Assembly: GCA_035541995.1 (NCBI GenBank)
Contig: DATKMG010000695.1
Coordinates: 1 to 46,817, forward strand
From: Terriglobia bacterium
GTDB lineage: Bacteria; Acidobacteriota; Terriglobia; Versatilivoradales; Versatilivoraceae
DNA: 46,817 nucleotides
Direction: 5' to 3'
Shown: in pieces, positions 37,543 to 45,761 of the stretch
Position numbering within the stretch: position 1 is the first letter of the stretch
How the letters are laid out: each line of letters opens with the position of its first letter
Translations under genes and position numbers: made by a program
The notes under the pieces: generated by a model
Told to the model about the DNA's origin: nothing
What the model saw: the letters and a program-made list of their open reading frames with translations, nothing else
Databases searched by the model: none

Positions 37543-38400
37543 ATGCAGAAGATTTCAAGAAGAGAGTTTCTCGAAAGAAGCGCAATGGGCGTCGCAGTTG
37601 CCGGGTGTTTGTCCGCGGGAACTTCGTCGCTTGGTGCCGATCCGCTTGGTATTCCCATCGGGTTTCAAATTTACCCGGTCAGAGAAAAGTCTGTGAAAGA
37701 TTTTAAAGGTACGCTCCAGGAAATGGCTGCGGCAGGCTACCGGGCAATCGAACTGTGCTCTTTTTCCGGTTACGATGATTTCAGCCCTCTGGCAAAAATG
37801 AAAGCTCCCGAAGTTCGCCAAACTCTAAAGACCGTCGGCTTGCACTGCGAAAGCTGCCATTACACCCCTGAGGAACTCAAGACCAGTCTGGAGGACAGGG
37901 TCAATTATGCGAAGGAACTTGGGCTGAAGTACATGATTCTTTCGAGCTTCGGCCTCAAGCGGGATGCCACACTCGATGACTGGAAGCGAGCTGCCAACGA
38001 TTTGAACAAGGCAGGAGAGAAGACGAAACAGGCGGGAATCCAGCTTGGCTATCACAATCACGACATGGAATTCAAAGAACTCAATGGCGTACTGATTTAC
38101 GACGAATTGATGAAGCAGTTTGATGCGAAGCTAATCAAGATGCAGTTTCAATGCGCCGTAGTCAGTATCGGCTATGACCCCGTGACTTATCTTTCGAAAT
38201 ATCCAGGTCGCTTTTGTTCTCTGCACGTCGCAGACTGGTCATCAAAAGAGAAGAAAATGGTCCCCGTAGGCCAAGGTGTTATCGATTGGAAGAAGCTTTT
38301 CGTCGCGGCGAAGGCAGGTGGTGTAAGAAACTACTTTGTCGAAATGGACAAGGACTTGATGAAGGCGAGTGTTCCCTACCTTAACGGATTGAAGGTGTAG
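37543..38400 (+). CDS. Tat-exported sugar phosphate isomerase/epimerase (xylose isomerase-like TIM barrel)
   Basis: It starts 12 nt after the oxidoreductase stop. AAGGAGA lies upstream. The Tat signal is SRREFLERSAMGVAVAGCLSAGTSSLGA. TIM-barrel family motifs are GYRAIEL, LGYHNH and YFVEMD. Confidence 0.75.
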   Translation: MQKISRREFLERSAMGVAVAGCLSAGTSSLGADPLGIPIGFQIYPVREKSVKDFKGTLQEMAAAGYRAIELCSFSGYDDFSPLAKMKAPEVRQTLKTVGLHCESCHYTPEELKTSLEDRVNYAKELGLKYMILSSFGLKRDATLDDWKRAANDLNKAGEKTKQAGIQLGYHNHDMEFKELNGVLIYDELMKQFDAKLIKMQFQCAVVSIGYDPVTYLSKYPGRFCSLHVADWSSKEKKMVPVGQGVIDWKKLFVAAKAGGVRNYFVEMDKDLMKASVPYLNGLKV

Positions 38401-38661
38401 GTTCACCTTGAGAGTAGCCCAAGACCTTTTCAAGTCAACACGGTCGATGAAAATGATGGAGGGCCCCGCCCCGTCGGGTCCGAGGTCGCGACGGGTGAAA
38501 GCAGTCGCTCACGGGACCCTCCACCAGACTCCAGAGTCCGCCAACGGCGGACGATACTACCGGTGATTAGAACGCATAGCTAGTACACTAGGGGGTACCC
38601 CGGACTGGGTGCCCGTCATTCCATTGGCGGGATTCTCAGAGGAGGTGTGGAGGAGCCCTAC

Positions 38662-40236
38662 CTACTTCTTCTGTTCGCCCAGCGATTGGACTACAGTTTG
38701 CTTTTCTTGAGCACCACTACTCTCCGATTTCAGCTTCTCAAACAAATCAAATTCGGACTTGGATTTTTCCTTGTTTCCCAGTCGCTGATAAACCAGGCCC
38801 AGGCGGTAGTGGGGAGCAGGTAAGTTGGGATTGGCCCGAATCGCCTTCTCGAAGGACTGGACACTCTCTGTCAACCGACCTTCTGTCTGTTCAATAATCC
38901 CCATCTGAAGGTAGGCTTCCGCAAAATCGGGATTCAAAGACAATGCCGTTTTCAAATAGGCCTTTGCGCCTTGGTAGTCCCGCGTCGATTCCGCCTGGGC
39001 CTCAAGATAGAGCATGTTGCCGTAGTGGTAGTAGGCCCACGGGTCCTGGGGTTTGTTCATCAGATACGCTTTGAAAGCTTCGCGGATGGCGGTTTGCCAC
39101 TCCACTGCCGATTCGTAAGCCTTCCCCAACAAGTAATAGGTTACCTTCGCAGTGGGTTCAAGTTTGGCGGCCTCCAGCAGGACCTGGATCGCCTGTGCAT
39201 ACTCCCCGGCTAGGAAATAAGCGGAACCCAATCCCACGCGCATTCTCCATGACTTTGGAAAGTCGCGAGCGCCTGCCGAAAAAGCAGTCATGGCCGCGTC
39301 GTAAGAAACATACTGCAGCAATGCATAGGCATGATCGTAGCAGTAATCCTCATTTCCCGGTTCTAGTTCAGCGGCCTTCTGATAAGCGAGAATTGCCTGA
39401 TCCCGAAGTTGCAATTTCTCCCTTGCCTGTGCCAGAAGGTTGTACGCCTCAGCAGCCTTGGCTTGGCCCAGCAGTGGCTCTAAGGTCTGAACCGCTTGTG
39501 AGTATTTATCCGATCGAAGATAAGCCAGGGCGAGGTTGTAATTCACATCATAGGATTGGGGATATACTTGTCGGACCTGTTCGAGAATGGCAATAGCTGT
39601 TTCATACTGCTGGTGGAGCGCCAGCATTGTCGCAATCTGGAATAATCTTGGATCTTGGGGCTGTAACAGGCCTCGGAGCTTCAGTGTCAACTGTTGGCTT
39701 TCGGCCGGATGCTTGAGGATGAGCTGGCATTCGAGCATTCCAGTCAGTGCCGGCACATCTCCAGAATTTATCCGCTCGACCCGTTCGAAATAAGTCAACG
39801 CCTCAGCAGGTTCTTGTCGTACGAGGGCTATCAGGCCGAGATTGTAGTTCGCCGCCTGACTGTGGGGGTTCAAGCGCAGTACTCTTTGGAAGGTGCTAGC
39901 CGCCTCTCGGTAGCGTTTCTCTTGGAGGTAGGTGGAAGCCAGGTAACCCAGGGCCTGATCGTTTTGAGGTTGAAGCGAAACCGCGCGCAGAAAGTGCTGT
40001 TCGGCGCTGCTGAACTGGGCTTGAACCGTATCGATCAGCCCCAACATCACCTCAGCATCTACCAGCCCGGGGTTGAGTTCCAGGGCCTTGGAAGCCGCGA
40101 TCCGGGCCTTATCCCATTCTTGGTTTTCGAAGTGCTGTCGCGCCCCAAAGAAGAAGTCCTCAGCTTTAAGGGATCTTTCTTGGGGATATGCCTGGCTCAG
40201 GCCGGCGCAAAGCAGGACGACAAACAGGCGAAGCAT
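38662..40236 (-). CDS. Secreted tetratricopeptide-repeat (TPR) protein
   Basis: The signal peptide is MLRLFVVLLCAGLSQA. More than 10 TPR-like 34-aa units follow (for example A..Y.LG..Y...G.Y..A...F..AL.L.P). Confidence 0.8.
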   Translation of the reverse strand: MLRLFVVLLCAGLSQAYPQERSLKAEDFFFGARQHFENQEWDKARIAASKALELNPGLVDAEVMLGLIDTVQAQFSSAEQHFLRAVSLQPQNDQALGYLASTYLQEKRYREAASTFQRVLRLNPHSQAANYNLGLIALVRQEPAEALTYFERVERINSGDVPALTGMLECQLILKHPAESQQLTLKLRGLLQPQDPRLFQIATMLALHQQYETAIAILEQVRQVYPQSYDVNYNLALAYLRSDKYSQAVQTLEPLLGQAKAAEAYNLLAQAREKLQLRDQAILAYQKAAELEPGNEDYCYDHAYALLQYVSYDAAMTAFSAGARDFPKSWRMRVGLGSAYFLAGEYAQAIQVLLEAAKLEPTAKVTYYLLGKAYESAVEWQTAIREAFKAYLMNKPQDPWAYYHYGNMLYLEAQAESTRDYQGAKAYLKTALSLNPDFAEAYLQMGIIEQTEGRLTESVQSFEKAIRANPNLPAPHYRLGLVYQRLGNKEKSKSEFDLFEKLKSESSGAQEKQTVVQSLGEQKK

Positions 40237-40407
40237 AGACTCAATCTATCATAGAGAGGTGAGTTCCCGCAGGATTCGAATTTCACAAGGATGCGGCCAA
40301 CCTGTTTCTCGCTTACAGGGTGTAAAGATCTTATGCTGCCTGTGAGGCGGTCAAAAAGCAAACGCAGAGACGCGAAGACGCAGAGAAAAATCACTAGAGT
40401 AATCAGT

Positions 40408-43368
40408 CTATTCTTCAGGGATTGGCAGTTGCTGTCTCCTTTGTTCTTTGATTCGGGCACACAGGCGGACGTGCTCCCGGGCCAGTCGAATGGTATCGGC
40501 ATAGGCTCCGTTGTTATAAGCCGCGTAAACCCGTTCCCGTAGCTGCAGTGCCTGCTCGTAGAGGTCTCCATATGGGGTTGGTGGTTGGGCTGCTTCGGCC
40601 ATTCCGGTTTCCACTCGCCTCACCCAACCCCAAGCGATTCTCTCGTCCGTCCTGCTGGTCACGGGATAAGACTTGGATACCCCGGTCCGCCCATCGTTGC
40701 GAAGGTAATTCAAAATTGCCCGAAAGGTCCTGTTTCTTTCAACGGGAGAAGGAGAAGTAACATCGAACTCTCGCTGGTAACTTCCACCCGGCTCCAACCC
40801 CTGAAAGCGCGGCGGTTTCTCTCCGACAGGCACTGCGACAAATCCCGATGGGAAGATGATCTCTCCGGAGAGCGGCTCATTTGTTGCATTGTCGACAGTC
40901 ACGAGCACGCGAGTTGGGCGGCCTTCCTCGGCACTAATACTCTCCGACTTCACTCCGACCAAGGGCCGGGCATCGCGCGCCACCAGCAGGCACGCAACCT
41001 CAGAGATCTCCGGAATTGTCATCCTGATCTCTCCATGATCGACTTCAAACGGAATTTTCTCTGGCAGAGCCTGGATCTTGCCCATTTCATATCCGATAGG
41101 CGGGATGCGGTAGACTGCTTTTACTCCTTCCGGGTGAGGGATATTGGCTGACACCCATAGATGTTTCAGGACGCGCTTTTCAGGTCCCAAGAAGTCATTC
41201 TGATTTTTTTGGACCATAGCAATCGGGTTATGGATTGGCTCAAGGGTAACTACTAGCAGATGGTAACCTGGATCATTGGCCGGGCTTCGCTCTTCTTGCA
41301 GGCTAACCCGAGCCTTGCCCAGCAGATCGGTCTGATTCGCCGCAATCAGCTTCAATGGGCTATGGACTCCCACTAAGCCCAAAGCCTCCCTCAATAGGAT
41401 TGCGTAGTTCTGCCATCCTTCCAATTGCCGAACCAGCCGGTTGTAAGTCTGGATATCAAGGCGAATTCCCCCTCCGGGCGGGAAGCTTCCCATCTCCAGA
41501 AAATGCCCGGCATTGTATGCTTCACCTGCATTGGTGCCAATGAAAAGGACCAAACCATTTCCATAGAGGTTCAAAGTAATGGCTGGGGTGCCATCTTGGA
41601 GCCGGCCGACGATTTGGGCTTTTCCCATGGTTCGCCGTGCCACTCCTCCCAAGGTCGGGAATCGCAACCCCGAAATCTTCGTTGTAAGTAGATTATCCGG
41701 TGCGGAGGAGGGCATGATTCGACCATCTGCGGTCTGATCGTTAATCTGACCCGAACTTCCCCATACTTCGTCCATTCCGAATGCAGGATTGGAAAGTTCA
41801 CGGCCATTGACATCGGCACTGAAGGCATAATTGGTGACTATTAGCATCCCCCCATTGCGTACGTATTGCCGGAATGCCTCGATTGTGCTTTCGTCGCCAC
41901 ACATCGAAAATTGACCGAGCAGAATCGCTTTGAACGAGCCCAGTTGATTGAGCTGATCCTCGCCGATGGCTTCGTATGGAATATTCAAGTCTCTCAGCAT
42001 TTGACACAGCCCACCCATATTCAGCGGGTCTTCGTTCTGTAGAACCTGCCGAGCCGTGAGGCTTCGCATCATGTCCGTCAAACCATTGACAAAAATACCT
42101 ACCTCTCCCCGAATCGGTTTGCTATTGGTGTAGAGATCATCCAGATACTGCACCAGGTGGTTCAATTCACGAGCTGCAAACCAATTGGTTTGGACTGGCG
42201 TAAGTACGTCGTTACCGACTCCCCAGGCTTGATCGGATCGGAGGGTATCCCAGAAAGAGTACCACCACACCAAACCTCCGTGGTTGGATTCAAAGAGAAG
42301 CGAATACAGTTCTGATCGATCGATGAATTCCTTGTTCGATATTCCCAGGTGCCAGGTCGCTGCTTTAGCATAGTTGTCCCGAATAGCGCGGTTCATGGCA
42401 GTCCTGACAGCGCCGGCGTCGGCCACCGAGTCAGGCCCCAAATTAAAGGCGTCAAAGATGCCTGTCAACTTCCACCAAACACAGAGCCGCTGCCAGGTAT
42501 AGCCGTAAAGGTCCATATTAATGTCGATCCAGACCAGGTGATCAGGGTCCTCTTCCTTAACCGCCCGATAGTAAAGCAGGCCAAATTCCTCAAGGACCTT
42601 TAGACGATAGTGTTGCCAATCATTGTAGTTTGGGTCAAACGACTGAGTGCGCGGTGCGTCGATCTGTTCCCAGGAAGCATAATTCGAGTTCCAGGATTCG
42701 TTGAGCTTCTGAAGACTGTGGTACTTTGATTGGAGATAGATGCGATAATTGCCGATGCAACGAGGACAGAAGCACCCCCACCCTCGGATACAAAACTCGT
42801 CATAGATGGAATACATAAGCAAGCTTGACTTGGTCCGAGCCACCCGCACTGCTTGGCGGAGATACTGATCGACTAAACGGCGAAACCCCTCATGCTGCAG
42901 ACAAATCTGTCGGCCTACCGGCTTGCCGGCAGGATCCAACATCTGATAGTCGTGGTTGTTTTGATAAAACCACTCCGGGAGGTCTCGATATTCCGCCCGC
43001 AGATAGAGATTGACCCACATCCCGGTCTTCTCAAAGAAATCCAGCGCTCGCACCAGGCCCGAGAAATCTCCCTTTGATTCCGACTTCATATTGCGCATGG
43101 CGTACTGAAGCCACCAGGTATTAGCGCCAAATGCGTCCTTGCTGCTCATGACCAGATCATAATCTTGAGGGGTAAAACAATCGGTCCCAGCATCCAAAAC
43201 CATAGGAAATGGCTGCCCATTCAGTAGGATCGTGCCTTTCGATATAGCCGTATTGTTGACTTTTGTTGCCTGGGACCTCTGTACAGAGACTGGCTGAGAT
43301 GCTGTTGCAGTGATCTCTGCTGCGCTTAGGTTCAAGGGAAGAAGAAACAACCAAGCGACTTTGTACAT
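40408..43368 (-). CDS. Secreted GH42-like glycoside hydrolase (beta-galactosidase family) with a long C-terminal extension
   Basis: ATG 43368 follows GAGGTGA. The signal is MYKVAWLFLLPLNLSAAE. The GH42-type acid/base and Cys-cluster block is YSIYDEFCIRGWGCFCPRCIGNYRIYLQSKYHSLQKLNESWN. The candidate nucleophile context is LLFESNHGG, and a trimerisation-like segment reads KAILLGQFSMCGD...GGMLIVTNY. Confidence 0.6.
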   Translation of the reverse strand: MYKVAWLFLLPLNLSAAEITATASQPVSVQRSQATKVNNTAISKGTILLNGQPFPMVLDAGTDCFTPQDYDLVMSSKDAFGANTWWLQYAMRNMKSESKGDFSGLVRALDFFEKTGMWVNLYLRAEYRDLPEWFYQNNHDYQMLDPAGKPVGRQICLQHEGFRRLVDQYLRQAVRVARTKSSLLMYSIYDEFCIRGWGCFCPRCIGNYRIYLQSKYHSLQKLNESWNSNYASWEQIDAPRTQSFDPNYNDWQHYRLKVLEEFGLLYYRAVKEEDPDHLVWIDINMDLYGYTWQRLCVWWKLTGIFDAFNLGPDSVADAGAVRTAMNRAIRDNYAKAATWHLGISNKEFIDRSELYSLLFESNHGGLVWWYSFWDTLRSDQAWGVGNDVLTPVQTNWFAARELNHLVQYLDDLYTNSKPIRGEVGIFVNGLTDMMRSLTARQVLQNEDPLNMGGLCQMLRDLNIPYEAIGEDQLNQLGSFKAILLGQFSMCGDESTIEAFRQYVRNGGMLIVTNYAFSADVNGRELSNPAFGMDEVWGSSGQINDQTADGRIMPSSAPDNLLTTKISGLRFPTLGGVARRTMGKAQIVGRLQDGTPAITLNLYGNGLVLFIGTNAGEAYNAGHFLEMGSFPPGGGIRLDIQTYNRLVRQLEGWQNYAILLREALGLVGVHSPLKLIAANQTDLLGKARVSLQEERSPANDPGYHLLVVTLEPIHNPIAMVQKNQNDFLGPEKRVLKHLWVSANIPHPEGVKAVYRIPPIGYEMGKIQALPEKIPFEVDHGEIRMTIPEISEVACLLVARDARPLVGVKSESISAEEGRPTRVLVTVDNATNEPLSGEIIFPSGFVAVPVGEKPPRFQGLEPGGSYQREFDVTSPSPVERNRTFRAILNYLRNDGRTGVSKSYPVTSRTDERIAWGWVRRVETGMAEAAQPPTPYGDLYEQALQLRERVYAAYNNGAYADTIRLAREHVRLCARIKEQRRQQLPIPEE

Positions 43369-43829
43369 TCGAATCACCTCATAGAAAGTGCGCCCTGGAC
43401 AAACAACTCCAGGAAAGGACACCACATGACCTATTTGAAGTTCTGCCCCGCTGTTTGGAATTCTGCAATGTTCCAATCCTCGGAGGGGATTCATTTGAAT
43501 AGCCGCGGGTTGAGCACAGCGGTACCCACGGGAGGGCAAGCAGAAAGCAATCTCAACCCTGAAATGAAAGGGTTGAACTGTTGCAGGAAGCCCTTTCCCC
43601 GTCTCGATTTTGTTCGAACCCTTCAGGGTCGGTTCCTGCTGGTTGCTTCCCACCCCGGGTGGTGCGGCGTGTGACTTCTGTCACCCAGGGGCCGCACGAC
43701 CCAGGGCTATTTGTGTTCGTCCCCTGCGGGGACATGGGAGTCTGGGATTCCACGCTTCGCTCGTCTCCAGCCAAAAGATAAAACAGGGCGCCAGCCTGCC
43801 AAATTCTCGAGAGAAAACGCGGGGAACCA

Positions 43830-45761
43830 CTACTTCGGTGATTCCTCTATAAGATCTCCGAGACGAATCCGCGCACGCTCCCAATCCTCCGAATTATGCT
43901 TCCAATGACCTGGCGAACCCAGCGACGCCCGATCTGCGCCGACCCGCACGAAGTCATTCACTATTGAGTCGACGGCCTCGTCGGCTTGCTGACGACCATT
44001 GCTCTTTTGGGAGAGGAGCCAGAAATACTCGTAATCCTGGGTACCACGCCGCATCATTTTCAACCGCATGCTCGCGACTGGCTCGTCGAGCCCCATCGTC
44101 TCACCGCGATACACCAGCATTCCGTGACCATTGAGATCTGGATATGTCTCAGGATACAGGTACGCCCGGAGGGAGTTAAAATCGAGTTCCCAGAGTGTCC
44201 AGGAGCCTGCTCGATATTTCCAGGCAACCCAGCTCAACGCCCTACCCTGGAGGCCGTCTCCGTCCAGGATGCCGGCTGCATCGTAGAACCAGGGATCGAC
44301 TCCCTGCTTTCGGATCTCTTCCACCAGTTGGGGATCCCACCCGCCTAACCCGAGAATGGCGATTTTTAGAATCTTGGCAAGACGACTCATGGTCTCGCGC
44401 GGATACCAGCCGTCCACGCGATACTCCAACCGCCGGGCTCCGGAGTCTTTCAGGAGCTGGCCGTAGTAGAACATCCGTTCCCGCGCCACGTCGTCGTACG
44501 CTTCGTCCAAGCTCAGCAGATAAACTATAAGGCGAGTCTTGTTCCACTGCGGATGTTCGTCGAAGTGAGCCTCAAATTGTCGGAAGGTGTTCTTCCAGAT
44601 CTCGTCATATGCCGGAGTCCGTCCTCCTTTGGGTAAAGGCACCGGCCAGGGGCTGTAAAATTTGAACTCTTTCCCAATCCGAATCCCGATGGACATTTTG
44701 TAGAGGTTGACGGGGAACGCGTCGAACGGGAGCACCAGTAGTTCGATGGGGATGCCATAACCAGGGCCCCTATATCCGTGCTTTTCCGTGAATGCACTGC
44801 CGTCGAGGTATTTCGAGAGGCGGTCATCATATTTCGTCCAGTCGATCCGCACATCCGTTCCCTGGACCTTTAAGCCCGGGGCGTAACCTAATACTCCCAT
44901 GGCCAGCCGGTGTTTGCGCATAAGTTGATAGTAGCGGAGTTCCATCTCTTCGGAGAATGTGTTGATCTCTGTGTCTGTATGGATGTTACCCTTGATGTGG
45001 CTTTCCTCGGGTAAAGCGAAGTCCCAAAGTTGAAGCTGAAGGTTCAGATCGACCCTCCCGCTATCGGAAATCACCGTCACCGCAGTTGTGTAGGCCCCAG
45101 GAGGTGCCTCCTGCCGCGCACGGGGCACATAGACATCGACCCAGAGCGCCTGGTTTTTCTGGTCGTCGCCGATGTCGGTCATTGGGTCCGGGACATCGAA
45201 GGGCATCACATAGCTGTGCGGATACAGGTTGCCCTTCCATCGGAGACAGGGCAGAAGGGCATCCGGATAGTAGCCGGTCCCCAGCGTATAGGTCTGTCGG
45301 GAGGACTTTGTCACATGAACGTACCATTCCTTGTATATGTCTATATTTTGGGCTGGTATTTTCTTCCCGCTCGGTCCTGAGAGATCTCCCAACTCGACCT
45401 TGACATTAGAGAGTTTCTCTGTGCCATTCCGCTCAACAATAATCTGGAACGCAATCGTCTCATTGCGCGCCCCTCTCAGATTGATGCGCTTTTGTCTTCC
45501 ATCCCAGATCAAGTTGGATTCCTGATAGTCGCCAGTCAGGCAGTCCGGAAACAACAGCGGATTGTCTTCGAAGGCCGCGTTTCTCGTAGGGTCGATGCGC
45601 GTGGAATCTCCGACAACCCAAATCTTCATGCCTAAGGCTGGATTGACGAGAATAGTACCGACGCAACACAACCACAGAGTGAGAATCAGGCCATTGCGGC
45701 CGAACATCGAACCGGTCCAGAGAGGGTCATTCATTCCGATTAGTATCCGCAATTTTTTCAT
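43830..45761 (-). CDS. DUF4091/GH123-like protein with an N-terminal membrane anchor or signal
   Basis: The hydrophobic N-terminus is LILTLWLCCVGTILVNPALG. The C-terminal region with MRLKMMRRGTQDYEYFWLL resembles the conserved DUF4091 block. It is paralogous to the upstream gene, which it overlaps by 4 nt (ATGA at 45758-45761). Confidence 0.5.
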   Translation of the reverse strand: MKKLRILIGMNDPLWTGSMFGRNGLILTLWLCCVGTILVNPALGMKIWVVGDSTRIDPTRNAAFEDNPLLFPDCLTGDYQESNLIWDGRQKRINLRGARNETIAFQIIVERNGTEKLSNVKVELGDLSGPSGKKIPAQNIDIYKEWYVHVTKSSRQTYTLGTGYYPDALLPCLRWKGNLYPHSYVMPFDVPDPMTDIGDDQKNQALWVDVYVPRARQEAPPGAYTTAVTVISDSGRVDLNLQLQLWDFALPEESHIKGNIHTDTEINTFSEEMELRYYQLMRKHRLAMGVLGYAPGLKVQGTDVRIDWTKYDDRLSKYLDGSAFTEKHGYRGPGYGIPIELLVLPFDAFPVNLYKMSIGIRIGKEFKFYSPWPVPLPKGGRTPAYDEIWKNTFRQFEAHFDEHPQWNKTRLIVYLLSLDEAYDDVARERMFYYGQLLKDSGARRLEYRVDGWYPRETMSRLAKILKIAILGLGGWDPQLVEEIRKQGVDPWFYDAAGILDGDGLQGRALSWVAWKYRAGSWTLWELDFNSLRAYLYPETYPDLNGHGMLVYRGETMGLDEPVASMRLKMMRRGTQDYEYFWLLSQKSNGRQQADEAVDSIVNDFVRVGADRASLGSPGHWKHNSEDWERARIRLGDLIEESPK

